DNA from: a virus
Lineage: Duplodnaviria > Heunggongvirae > Uroviricota > Caudoviricetes
DNA: 64,000 bases
Virus record (IMG/VR): IMGVR_UViG_3300027710_000009
Reading direction: 5' to 3' (one strand)
The translations under genes were made by a program, and so were the position numbers. The notes under the pieces were generated by a model. That model was not told the origin of the DNA. It saw nothing but the letters and a program-made list of their open reading frames with translations, and did not search any database. Numbering within the stretch: the first letter of the stretch is position 1; every line of letters begins with the position of its first letter. This document shows, in pieces, positions 54,525 through 63,496 of the stretch.

Positions 54525-55431
54525 TTTGTATTGCTTTCTTAATTAGGGTGTCCAACTGACTTACAATTTCTTCAGTTATGTGATGACTCAGAATCTTTTG
54601 ATACAGCACCGCATTGTTGGTCAACAGTCGGTCAATCACCCGACTGAGATTAGTGTCTATCATCCACTGAGTTACTACTTGTTTGATTGTTCGTGCGCGA
54701 AGTTCAAAATCATCTACTGTTGTTATATCAAGTTGTTTTATAATTTGATCAACTAAATCGTCCCCGTGATGATTAAGTTTGTCCCCTAGCACATATGGCA
54801 GTAGTTTTACATTATCATCACTTATTGACGGAATGTCTAGAATGATTGTAATGGTCCAATAGCTGAGCCTACTAAACCATGCATTCCACATCACGTCCTT
54901 GAAACATCTTTTTAGGTCTACCTTGAGAGTTTGAATTATTTGTGCATGTACTTGTTCTGTCTGCTCAACACCCATGTGTACTGCTAGTGCTGGCAAATTT
55001 TTAGTAATGTTTTGTATTTCATTCAAGGCAAATATAAAATCAAACTCTGGATATAATTTTTTGAATTCATAAACAGATTGTTTACACATCAAATTTGCAT
55101 TGTTGAAATACCCATGTCCGCAAATGTTACCTCCAGACGTCAGTTCATAAACTGTGCCTGTTTTTTTGTGCTTGACCCAGGCTGCAGGATGCATGAGTTG
55201 TAATGCAAATTCGGGCACACGCGGCAACCATGGATCGTCACTAACAACACCCGGAACATAACACCGGTGTGCAGGTATATCATCAAATACCATATGATTG
55301 TGATCAAGTTGGTGGCTGTTGGACTCTGTAGTGCAATGCACTGATATCAAGTCTTGATCCAACACACAATGCGAATCAAGATTCTTAACAGAAGTAGGAC
55401 GATGGGTGCTGTTGATTAGTTTGGTTATCAT
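54511..55431 (-). CDS. Hypothetical protein (306 aa), coupled to the nucleotidyltransferase gene
   Basis: ATGA start/stop overlap with the nucleotidyltransferase gene. His/Cys-rich N-terminal region. Confidence 0.45.
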   Translation of the reverse strand: MITKLINSTHRPTSVKNLDSHCVLDQDLISVHCTTESNSHQLDHNHMVFDDIPAHRCYVPGVVSDDPWLPRVPEFALQLMHPAAWVKHKKTGTVYELTSGGNICGHGYFNNANLMCKQSVYEFKKLYPEFDFIFALNEIQNITKNLPALAVHMGVEQTEQVHAQIIQTLKVDLKRCFKDVMWNAWFSRLSYWTITIILDIPSISDDNVKLLPYVLGDKLNHHGDDLVDQIIKQLDITTVDDFELRARTIKQVVTQWMIDTNLSRVIDRLLTNNAVLYQKILSHHITEEIVSQLDTLIKKAIQNEVN

Positions 55432-56132
55432 TGACTTTCCAAACTAAACTCAGCTGTTTTCAACTGTGTGATTTTGTCTCTAAGATCTTGCAAATCGCCT
55501 TCGGCTCTGAGCAATTTGAATGTGATGTTTTCTGGAGAGAATTCTCCTCCGCGGGCCAGTCCTGCCTTGCGCATGTCTCTGATCTGATCCCACACATGTC
55601 GCACTTGTTTTGCATCATCACTGCGTATGGCTCGCACAATACGAGCCTTGTAACTGCGATACTTGTGTTCCACGCTGGCGTCATCAATGTTGGCTTTGAC
55701 TTGCTTGGGCTGGCTTAACCAACGATCATATTTGATACTGTAAATGCCCATGCTGTGATGTGGCTGTTCAGCATCTTGAACATACAACTCTACATCAAAC
55801 CCTTTTATGCGAAAATCAAATTGTTCGTTATATTGGTATTTTTTTGCATCAAACAGCTCACGCAACTCTGGATCATGTGCTTCTGGAATCATGGCCACAA
55901 GATGCAGATCAATATCAGAATTTGGTGTGTAAGTAAAAGCGGCGTTGCTACCGCTGATGGTAACATCTAGAATGTCGTACAACTGCACTCCAATAAACTC
56001 TTGAAAGTCTTTGGCAATGTTCAGTAGTTTTTGCCTGACGTCTGGCAACAGCTTGTTATCCGCCCAAAGAGCAGGATTAAGCTGGTCATGAAACACCACA
56101 GCAGGTGTTAAGTCAAATTCTTGTAGTCTCAT
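55428..56132 (-). CDS. Pol-beta-superfamily (MNT-type) nucleotidyltransferase
   Basis: ISGSNAAFTYTPNSDIDLHLV matches the G-S-x(9-13)-D-x-D nucleotidyltransferase signature. Confidence 0.55.
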   Translation of the reverse strand: MRLQEFDLTPAVVFHDQLNPALWADNKLLPDVRQKLLNIAKDFQEFIGVQLYDILDVTISGSNAAFTYTPNSDIDLHLVAMIPEAHDPELRELFDAKKYQYNEQFDFRIKGFDVELYVQDAEQPHHSMGIYSIKYDRWLSQPKQVKANIDDASVEHKYRSYKARIVRAIRSDDAKQVRHVWDQIRDMRKAGLARGGEFSPENITFKLLRAEGDLQDLRDKITQLKTAEFSLESQ

Positions 56133-56185
56133 CTAGCACCCCGAATGTTATATTTATTTGGGGTGCCAGTATTGGAACATTTAGG

Positions 56186-56776
56186 TTATCGCTTGTCTAG
56201 TACCCGATCTGCAAGCCCGTATGCCACGGCCTCTTGTGCGCTCATGAAGTTGTCACGTTCCATGTCTGCCAAAATTTCATCGTAAGTACGCCCCGCAGTG
56301 TTGTGATCCACGTAGATTTGCGTTAGATTGCGCTTCATTTTGAGGATTTCACGCACCTGGATTTCCATGTCTGTAGCTTGGCCACCAGCACCACCCGAAG
56401 GCTGATGAATCATGTGACGTGCATTGGGCAGTATAAGACGCTTGCCAGCGGCTCCTGCTTGAGCTAGCAAACTGCCCATGGAGCAGGCCTGCCCCATCAC
56501 AATAGTAGATATGTTAGGTCGAATAAACTGCATAGTGTCATAGATAGCCATGCCAGCAGTAACCACCCCACCAGGGCTGTTGATATAGAACAGAATATCT
56601 GCATCTGGATCTTCGCTTTCGAGAAACAATAGTTGAGCCACAATCAAACTAGCAGAATGCTCGTTGACATCTGTGTCTAGCATGACAATACGGTCTTTGA
56701 GCAGGCGACTGTAGAGATCATAACTGCGCTCGCCTGCTGATGTGCGTTCAAGCACCATGGGTACCAAATTTGGCAT
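56186..56776 (-). CDS. clpP: ATP-dependent Clp protease proteolytic subunit ClpP
   Basis: Full-length ClpP with the catalytic triad context GQACSMGS...HQP...D. A perfect sigma70 promoter lies upstream. Confidence 0.9.
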   Translation of the reverse strand: MPNLVPMVLERTSAGERSYDLYSRLLKDRIVMLDTDVNEHSASLIVAQLLFLESEDPDADILFYINSPGGVVTAGMAIYDTMQFIRPNISTIVMGQACSMGSLLAQAGAAGKRLILPNARHMIHQPSGGAGGQATDMEIQVREILKMKRNLTQIYVDHNTAGRTYDEILADMERDNFMSAQEAVAYGLADRVLDKR

Positions 56777-56813
56777 TGAAAACTCCTGGTTGAATTATAT
56801 TGGATTATAGACG

Positions 56814-56842
56814 ATTATAGACAACTATAGACCAGCTGTCAA
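56814..56842 (-). promoter_or_regulatory. Consensus sigma70 promoter upstream of clpP (TTGACA-N17-TATAAT)
   Basis: Minus strand: TTGACAGCTGGTCTATAGTTGTCTATAAT. Confidence 0.55.
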
Positions 56843-57345
56843 CACCTCTGAAAATTTTGATGGCGAAACCAACGTTTTTGACCATGGGCAGTTTTCAAGT
56901 GAAGCCCCCAATAGGCAAAACGATCTCGCCAAGCAAAGAAGCTGGGACCATGTGCGCCTGAATTTTCGCAGATATTAAAACCCGTGTTATCAAACCGTTC
57001 TATGTCCCATTGATACTGGTGCACCATTTCGTGTGCCAGTGTGTTGCAGAACCACTGTGGGCAGAACCATTTGTCATAGAGTTCAATTTTACACCAGGTA
57101 CCGTTTTTGCCCCAACTGCTTCTGCGTTGACGATCATCTAACCAATGACACCTGCCCCAGCATTTTTGCAGTGTGGCCAACACAATTTCGGGTTGAGTAA
57201 GTTGATTGTCAAACACATGCCTATTGATGCATTTGTAAAGTGCTTCGGTTTCTTCAGGCAAGGGCCTGAAAGGAAGGCGTTTTTGTACACTCACACAAGG
57301 TAAGGGTGCTGTCATATACTGGGATATCAGGTTTGGTCGTGCCAT
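56839..57345 (-). CDS. SprT-like zinc metalloprotease
   Basis: LAHEMVHQYQW. The ATG at 57345 has a GGAGGG RBS; the longer track ORF starts at a TTG. Confidence 0.5.
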   Translation of the reverse strand: MARPNLISQYMTAPLPCVSVQKRLPFRPLPEETEALYKCINRHVFDNQLTQPEIVLATLQKCWGRCHWLDDRQRRSSWGKNGTWCKIELYDKWFCPQWFCNTLAHEMVHQYQWDIERFDNTGFNICENSGAHGPSFFAWRDRFAYWGLHLKTAHGQKRWFRHQNFQRC

Positions 57346-57421
57346 GAAAAAGCCCTCCGCTACGGTATTTACGTACCGCACGAAGGGCTTAAACAATAGC
57401 TTGATTAGTTAACTGGGCAGT

Positions 57422-58000
57422 TTATTGTGGAGTCACAGTAACTGGTTTGTCCATTTCCTGGAAAGCTTCACGTGCTCGCCCTGCTGTGGTTTTGCGCACA
57501 GCTTCGTCCACTTTTTCACGACGTAGTACGTTGGCTTCGCCCATGGGCAATGCTACTAGTACATAACTACGGAAGCGACTGCCTTCGGAAATACGCTTGA
57601 TTTCCTTGACTTCCACGCCAGTGATATCCACTTTACGGCACATGGAACGAATAGCCATTTCACTGTTTTCTGCAGACGTTTCGCCCACATCCTGACGGAA
57701 CACACGGCTCTGCTTGTCCACTTCGCCGCCTGCTGCCATACACACCTTGCCAAATGCAATTACCTTGGCTTTTTCATCTGCCATGGCAAAGTCTGGGCTG
57801 GTTGCAGTACCGCTGGAATAAACTGCGGCAGTGCTTGTGGGCAATTCAGTCATCCATTTAGGAGCCTTGTCAATTGCTCGTTCTGCGTATTTCTCACGCT
57901 TTTCTTGTTCAGCTTCTGCTCGCTTTTGATACGGGTCAGACGTTGAACTACAGCCGGCCAGCACGGCAAGAACAGCACTAGCAATTAGAATACGTTTCAT
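57422..58000 (-). CDS. Lipoprotein (about 190 aa)
   Basis: Lipobox LAVLAGCSS after MKRILIASAV. Start refined to 58000, with TAATG coupling to the entericidin-like gene. Confidence 0.5.
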   Translation of the reverse strand: MKRILIASAVLAVLAGCSSTSDPYQKRAEAEQEKREKYAERAIDKAPKWMTELPTSTAAVYSSGTATSPDFAMADEKAKVIAFGKVCMAAGGEVDKQSRVFRQDVGETSAENSEMAIRSMCRKVDITGVEVKEIKRISEGSRFRSYVLVALPMGEANVLRREKVDEAVRKTTAGRAREAFQEMDKPVTVTPQ

Positions 58001-58122
58001 TATTTGCCACCTAATTTTTCTTTGGACCATTCGGCACCAGATGTAATATCCTTACCAACTCCTGCTACCGTTGAGCAGGCAGTAAGGGCCAGGGTTACTA
58101 ACAACACAAACACAGTTTTCAT
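58000..58122 (-). CDS. Entericidin-like small lipoprotein (40 aa; not in the ORF track)
   Basis: Own translation: MKTVFVLLVTLALTACSTVAGVGKDITSGAEWSKEKLGGK. Matches the EcnA/B pattern (signal, lipobox C, then G-x-G-x-D). Coordinates approximate. Confidence 0.45.
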   Translation of the reverse strand: MKTVFVLLVTLALTACSTVAGVGKDITSGAEWSKEKLGGK

Positions 58123-58155
58123 ACAACACCTTTCGGTACGAGTTACGATAGTTCA

Positions 58156-58185
58156 ATTATACACGAAATGGAAGTTAATTGTCAA
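58156..58185 (-). promoter_or_regulatory. Sigma70 early promoter (TTGACA-N18-TATAAT)
   Basis: Minus strand: TTGACAATTAACTTCCATTTCGTGTATAAT. Lies upstream of the lipoprotein cluster. Confidence 0.5.
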
Positions 58186-58769
58186 CCTCGAAAATGTTCC
58201 CATTTCTCAATCACTTTCCATTGTCCAGAATGTGGACCTCTTTGCAGTTTACAAATAATGCCACGATTCTGTAACAGACCTATTCCATATGTGACTGTTT
58301 CCAAAAATCTACGGCATTCGTATCCTTTGTATGGAAAACTGCCTGGATGGTCTGGATCAGGGGCAACTTCACTTTCTCTGACCAAATCACCTGCCTTGAC
58401 CGTTTTCAATTTTGGAATGTCTTGGTCTGTGCAAATTAGTTCTTGATAGGCCGAAGTACTGGATCCACTGATCTGTTGCATTAATCTTGCTCGGCCTGCA
58501 TCCTGTGCCATGGCACAAACTTGATGGTCTGGAATCAAATCACCTTGTGCTCGTCCTTGTGCAGTGTACCAGGTGTTGTCTATCATCAGTCGCCAGGTCA
58601 CGGTGCATTGTGTCACACGTTCATTCAGTTGTATCACTTCACGCACAGGCTCACTTTGGCGTTGCACTCGTGCCTTGAGATCGTTTATGGTACTACTGCG
58701 ATAATAGCATTCGGCACCCACGGCACCAGACGCCAGTACAAACAACAGTGGAATTAGTCTATACACCAT
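58182..58769 (-). CDS. Secreted protein with signal peptide
   Basis: N-terminus MVYRLIPLLFVLASGAVGA. Confidence 0.45.
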   Translation of the reverse strand: MVYRLIPLLFVLASGAVGAECYYRSSTINDLKARVQRQSEPVREVIQLNERVTQCTVTWRLMIDNTWYTAQGRAQGDLIPDHQVCAMAQDAGRARLMQQISGSSTSAYQELICTDQDIPKLKTVKAGDLVRESEVAPDPDHPGSFPYKGYECRRFLETVTYGIGLLQNRGIICKLQRGPHSGQWKVIEKWEHFRG

Positions 58770-59089
58770 TCGTAGTTCCTCATTTTACGGCGCACAATAG
58801 CATTGTGCCACCCTGAGTCAACTTCGACTCGTTGTGAATAAGTGCCTTCACTCACCGCAAATATTTTACCAAGCCAGTTGCTCATGACCAAACGGTTGTC
58901 GTTGAGTGTTGCACTACCAACCATTTGTTTTTCTAAAAATTCTTTTTGCGATTCTTTCTGCTTGCAATCAGTTCGATAATGCATGAGATCTTGAGTGGGC
59001 ATGATCACAGTATGTTGGCCCGGCTGTGAAGCACAACCAACCAACAGCATCAGCGCACAGGTCGCAAGCAGGTGCTTCTTATAGTCCAT
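58754..59089 (-). CDS. Lipoprotein
   Basis: Lipobox LLVGCAS. Confidence 0.45.
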   Translation of the reverse strand: MDYKKHLLATCALMLLVGCASQPGQHTVIMPTQDLMHYRTDCKQKESQKEFLEKQMVGSATLNDNRLVMSNWLGKIFAVSEGTYSQRVEVDSGWHNAIVRRKMRNYEWCID

Positions 59090-59310
59090 ATCAGTTCCTT
59101 GGCTTGTGCTACATAACGGCGTTCATATTCGCTACGATTTGCATCATAGCCCCCTTGAGCCAACTGAGCTTCCAACCAACGTATCTGAAGTCCAGGATTT
59201 GAACAATCCGGTTTCAGCATGCTGATGTCGTCTCTGTTGACTCCTGCTTGTGGAACCGATGCACAGGCTGTCGCAAGCAAACAAACTGGCAGTATCAGTT
59301 TCGATACCAC
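59050..59310 (-). CDS. Lipoprotein
   Basis: Lipobox LLATACAS. Confidence 0.4.
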   Translation of the reverse strand: MVSKLILPVCLLATACASVPQAGVNRDDISMLKPDCSNPGLQIRWLEAQLAQGGYDANRSEYERRYVAQAKELIWTIRSTCLRPVR

Positions 59311-59567
59311 AGCATCACACCGCGCAAGGCAGACTCTGCCTGCTCACGTTTGACACCAGTTTCCTGGACCACAAAACGAACTGCCCGATCAAACGGCAGT
59401 TGGCGTTGAAAGATAGCCGTGTTTGCGGCCTGCTCAATATATGACATTTGGACTCCGTTAGTCAAGTTGAGTTTTAACGTGCTTGGGCTGACGTCGATAA
59501 GCCTTCTTGTTTTCCACCACTTTGGGTTTGAACGGAGAACCTGCGCAAAACAACACCACGTGGGCAC
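59295..59567 (-). CDS. Hypothetical protein
   Basis: ORF. Confidence 0.3.
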   Translation of the reverse strand: MPTWCCFAQVLRSNPKWWKTRRLIDVSPSTLKLNLTNGVQMSYIEQAANTAIFQRQLPFDRAVRFVVQETGVKREQAESALRGVMLWYRN

Positions 59568-59628
59568 GAGTGCGCTGTCGCGGCATTTCGAACTTGATAG
59601 TGTTGTCTTTGTTTTTCATAGTCTAGTA

Positions 59629-59657
59629 ATTATGCAGGAAATGGATTTTGTTGTCAA
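59629..59657 (-). promoter_or_regulatory. Sigma70 early promoter (TTGACA-N17-CATAAT)
   Basis: Minus strand: TTGACAACAAAATCCATTTCCTGCATAAT. Confidence 0.45.
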
Positions 59658-59661
59658 CCGT

Positions 59662-59835
59662 TATCTAAACTTGGCGCTGAACAATCCGCCTAGCAGTACT
59701 GCGGCCGCCCAGGTGTTCAGAGTGTAAGGAATAGCCAACAACGGGAACAATGTGTTCATGCTCCAGATCATCAGGATTGGACCTGCAATGACAAGTGCAA
59801 TAATAGCAATCACAACTAACGATAATTTGAACATG
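59662..59835 (-). CDS. Small 2-transmembrane membrane protein (57 aa; not in the ORF track)
   Basis: Own translation: MFKLSLVVIAIIALVIAGPILMIWSMNTLFPLLAIPYTLNTWAAAVLLGGLFSAKFR. Coordinates approximate. Confidence 0.3.
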
Positions 59836-59860
59836 ATGTCTCCAATGTTAAAGTTTTTGT

Positions 59861-59889
59861 AGTGTAGCAGGCCCTGTGTTTATTGTCAA
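59861..59889 (-). promoter_or_regulatory. Sigma70 early promoter (TTGACA-N17-TACACT)
   Basis: Minus strand: TTGACAATAAACACAGGGCCTGCTACACT. Lies directly after the terminator at 59893-59924. Confidence 0.45.
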
Positions 59890-59892
59890 CCA

Positions 59893-59924
59893 TAAAAAAA
59901 GCCCTAGTATACTAGGGCTTTTGG
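59893..59924. terminator. Bidirectional intrinsic terminator (GCCCTAGTA-TACTAGGGC palindrome with an A-run and a T-run)
   Basis: Perfect 9-bp palindrome. Confidence 0.55.
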
Positions 59925-60217
59925 GTGTTGCTTTTTTACAACATCAATAGATATCACGGTATTGCTTGTGATTCCACTGATGCATCAAGTGCTCTAGGTC
60001 TGCCGCACTGGTTGGGTAACGGCTTGCAAGCCAACGTTCAAAATCAGTTGGTTGACGGAACATCTCTTGCACTCGATCCCACATTTCTTTCATGGTCATC
60101 ATTTGTACAACTCCTGGGCACCTTTGATGTTGCCAATACGAGCCAAGTGAGCCGCGGCTCTAGCGGTGCCCCATGATTCGCACAAAGACCATAAAGTGTC
60201 CAAAAATTGTTTCATGA

Positions 60218-60514
60218 TCACTTGGCCTTTGATGTGGTTGCTGGCTTGAATGCTTCTTTCCAAAAATTGGTGTAGTATTCAGTAGCCTGTGTGATGTAGT
60301 CTGCCTTGGCAGCTTCTTGAGCGGTTTTTACCACTTCTTTGCCAACTGTGGTGAATGCGTCGGTGCCAACCTTGACTGCGGTTTTTGCAGTTTGGGCTTG
60401 TGCTTCAACGATATCAGTTAGGCTTTTTGCAACTGCTTCATTCTGGATGAATTTGATTGCTTGCTTCTGTGCGGTTGTGAATGTATCGATTACTGTTTCT
60501 GCTGTGTTGAACAT
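60218..60514 (-). CDS. Phasin-like amphipathic-helix protein (about 99 aa)
   Basis: Start refined to MFNTAETVIDTF, with an AAGGAG RBS. Ala/Lys/Thr-rich heptad pattern similar to PHA-granule phasins. Confidence 0.35.
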   Translation of the reverse strand: MFNTAETVIDTFTTAQKQAIKFIQNEAVAKSLTDIVEAQAQTAKTAVKVGTDAFTTVGKEVVKTAQEAAKADYITQATEYYTNFWKEAFKPATTSKAK

Positions 60515-60715
60515 GTGTTTCTCCTTAATAGACGATTGTTCGATAATGTACTGCATGACCCTACCATAGGCATCATGTTTTACATTATACATTTATTTAT
60601 GTTGCAGAGCAACATTCTCTAATGGTTTCTACTAAGATTAGTAACCATTCACTAAATTTTTGCATCCAAATATGCCCACTAAATATTACGTATCCATACT
60701 TCGAAGGAGATCATC

Positions 60716-61027
60716 ATGGAAATTATCATTGGTATTATTATCATTGCTGGATTGGCGTTTGTTCTGTATAGAGCAAACCAACCAAAAACCACAGTTACAG
60801 AAACTGCGGCACCAGCACCATACAAGGTTGAAGCACCTGCTCAGGAGTCCACACCAGTGGCTGAGCCCGCAAAGGAGGTGACTACAGACGCTTCTCCTCC
60901 CGCTAAAACCCGGAAGGCTCCTGTTAAAAAAGCAGTTGCGGCCAAGAAGCCAAAAGTAGCCGCAAAAAAGTCAGCGCCAGCAAAAAAGCCAGCGCCAGCT
61001 AGATCGCCTGCAAAACCAAAAAAGTAA
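60716..61027 (+). CDS. Membrane-anchored histone-H1-like Lys/Ala/Pro-rich protein
   Basis: GAAGGAG RBS. N-terminal transmembrane helix MEIIIGIIIIAGLAFVLY, followed by repeats AKKPKVAAKKSAPAKKPAPARSPAKPKK, as in bacterial H1-like and AlgP proteins. Confidence 0.55.
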   Translation: MEIIIGIIIIAGLAFVLYRANQPKTTVTETAAPAPYKVEAPAQESTPVAEPAKEVTTDASPPAKTRKAPVKKAVAAKKPKVAAKKSAPAKKPAPARSPAKPKK

Positions 61028-61029
61028 TC

Positions 61030-62073
61030 TTAGATTACTTTTAGTTCTTTAGCCAGTGTGTATATTTGCTCACTGGCTAAATTTTTGCCCTTTGCTTCAC
61101 ACATGATGTCACCCCAGGCCAGATGCGACACGGCCCACTCATTCACAGCCATGTTCCAATAGAAGTCGCTGTGTGCTCTGAGCTTTTGCTTTTTATAGCC
61201 TCCATCAAGGAGTCCAGCAAGATCGGGAGCAGTTCGGGTGCAATGATCCACAAGAATATCTTCGCGACTAACACTGTAATGCAGAGCAGGACGAGTACCA
61301 CGCCAGCTGTCAATAACCCTGCGAACACGATCATCCGTTGCCAGGATGTAGTCGCCATTCGAGTTGATCCAATGATGGTGAAGGTCAAGAACAAGAGCCA
61401 CATGTTCACCAACAGCAAGAGTACAGTCCAATCCATTTGTCATCTCATCATTCTCGATGGTAATAAGATTCCTAGCTTCGGGAGAGAGACGCCCTAGCGT
61501 TTGCAGGAACTTTGCTGGTCCACCTTTACCAGACAAATGCACGTTGATCTTGAAACCATGATCATGCCATGATGCACCGTAGCCCATCCACCGTGCCATA
61601 TCAACGTGATATTCAAATTCTAAAATACTGCGCTCTACAATTTCATCTGACTCACTTGCCAGCACACAAAACTGTCCGGGGTGGAAGCTAAGTCGCACAT
61701 CTAGTCTACGAGCAGTTTCACCAATGGGTGCAAAGATTTTAGCACAATGCGCTTGTACATCAGGCTGTTGCCACCAGTTGATCCATGACGGCTCAGTGTA
61801 GCCTTGTAGCATTTCACTGCCCAGACGTACCATTCTGCGTTCGGGCGGTAGTGTGGCTACACGTTCAATCATTTTAACAGCGGCCAAAGCATTGTGATTC
61901 ATGATGTCCCACTGACGCTGTTCAGCTTCAAGCGGATGCTCACGCAACCAGCGCATGGTAGTTGATCGTCCATTGAGTTCACGGTCTACTGCGTTGACTT
62001 TCATGCCGCCGCATTCGGACGGGTCGTTGAGCCATTTACATGCAAAGCCAATACGTTTTTGTGTCATTTCCAA
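61030..62073 (-). CDS. uvdE: UV DNA damage endonuclease (UvdE/UvsE)
   Basis: TIM-barrel UVDE blocks: RLSFHPGQF, ITIENDE, and LVLDLHHHWIN (metal-binding His/Glu/Asp). Confidence 0.75.
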   Translation of the reverse strand: MEMTQKRIGFACKWLNDPSECGGMKVNAVDRELNGRSTTMRWLREHPLEAEQRQWDIMNHNALAAVKMIERVATLPPERRMVRLGSEMLQGYTEPSWINWWQQPDVQAHCAKIFAPIGETARRLDVRLSFHPGQFCVLASESDEIVERSILEFEYHVDMARWMGYGASWHDHGFKINVHLSGKGGPAKFLQTLGRLSPEARNLITIENDEMTNGLDCTLAVGEHVALVLDLHHHWINSNGDYILATDDRVRRVIDSWRGTRPALHYSVSREDILVDHCTRTAPDLAGLLDGGYKKQKLRAHSDFYWNMAVNEWAVSHLAWGDIMCEAKGKNLASEQIYTLAKELKVI

Positions 62074-62198
62074 GGTCCCGGGTCATCGTTGTTGGTAAAA
62101 AAATCCAGTGCTTTGCACAATACCCAAACAAACACTACTCCCATTGCTAACAGAGCAAAGTAGCTGAATACTGTAAGAAAATACTCGAACATACCCGT

Positions 62199-62228
62199 AG
62201 TATACGCGAAATGCTAGATTGTTGTCAA
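62199..62228 (-). promoter_or_regulatory. Sigma70 early promoter (TTGACA-N18-TATACT), upstream of uvdE
   Basis: Minus strand: TTGACAACAATCTAGCATTTCGCGTATACT. Confidence 0.5.
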
Positions 62229-63496
62229 CCTAGTGTGCCAAAGCGGCTCCAAGCGCCGCCGCCCAAACTTACCCATCCTGCAGGTCCGCCCGGATTTGGG
62301 TTGCTGTTGAAACGCACAGATCCTTTGGGTGCAGTATCATTTGGAGTACCGTCGCTGGTGCCCAGTTCTACTTGGCCAATGTATAGCTTTTGAACACTGA
62401 CACTGCCGTCTTTGTTTAGAACAACGTTGTCCTTGCGGTTGGCACTTAGGACTAATGTTTGCTCACGTGGTGTACCAAACCATGCTACATCACGTTCACG
62501 CTTGCTAAAGCCCACTTCAACTTCCTGATCCCAAATGCTGAGTGCATGTCCAGGTTCTAGTGTGTTTATACCTACTCGTTTTTCGCCAACATATAGAGTT
62601 TGGCTGATATAGGCTTCGCCTGTGGTCTGCAGATCTTTGACCATGCCCAGTCGATTGATATTGGTATCAGTGATACCATAGCTGAGTTTGTTACCGTCAA
62701 TGATGTCTGCGCCGTTGAGGGTGAGTTTGTTTAGATCCAGGCCTTGATCGCGAATACGTTCAAACACAGTGTTGCTGTAGCCTTCAAATATATCTGGACC
62801 CAGGCTGGTGCGAGTGGCTTCAACTGCGTTGTTGACCAAGGTCTTGAAGAACTCGTTGTCCATTGGAACCTTGCCTTTGATGTGCAAGTCGCCTTCAATA
62901 ACTACTTGTCCTTTGACTTCTAGTCCCAGCGCCACAATTTTATTTTCAACTACCACACCTTGATCCAGCAGGGTCATTTGAACTTCTGTACTGCGATCAT
63001 CAATACCAGAACTGCTAAAGTTCTTTATGATGCCGCCTTTGATGTTGTTGCCAGATATTTCTAAATTACGAGGATTAACAGCTTCGCCTGGAATGCTGTT
63101 GCGAGGAAAATTAAACGTGGCTAGTTTTTTTGAAATTTCTACTAGAATGATTTCTCGAACCACAGCATTTATATCAATGTCGTTGTGCAGTCTAGTTCTA
63201 ACATGATCTGTTGCAAGACGTCGGGCTTCGGTGTCAAAGTTGTTGACCACTGTGTCTGCCACTTCATTGAGACGTGCTTGCACACGCTCATGATCAACAT
63301 TCATGTTGGCAATCACACCATCAAGTTTGATGCTGGCTAGATAATTGATCTTCTTCTCGTAATCAAAGTCTTCAAGACGTTTTGTCAACGCTTGAATAAT
63401 AAGGTTGTCAATCCTTGAATTGACTCCAGATTCTATGTCTCGTACGAGATTACTGACTATACTATCTACTTGTTTTGTTACGTCCATCTTTAGCAA
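62225..63496 (-). CDS. Hypothetical protein (423 aa)
   Basis: ORF with a GAGG RBS. Confidence 0.45.
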   Translation of the reverse strand: MLKMDVTKQVDSIVSNLVRDIESGVNSRIDNLIIQALTKRLEDFDYEKKINYLASIKLDGVIANMNVDHERVQARLNEVADTVVNNFDTEARRLATDHVRTRLHNDIDINAVVREIILVEISKKLATFNFPRNSIPGEAVNPRNLEISGNNIKGGIIKNFSSSGIDDRSTEVQMTLLDQGVVVENKIVALGLEVKGQVVIEGDLHIKGKVPMDNEFFKTLVNNAVEATRTSLGPDIFEGYSNTVFERIRDQGLDLNKLTLNGADIIDGNKLSYGITDTNINRLGMVKDLQTTGEAYISQTLYVGEKRVGINTLEPGHALSIWDQEVEVGFSKRERDVAWFGTPREQTLVLSANRKDNVVLNKDGSVSVQKLYIGQVELGTSDGTPNDTAPKGSVRFNSNPNPGGPAGWVSLGGGAWSRFGTLG

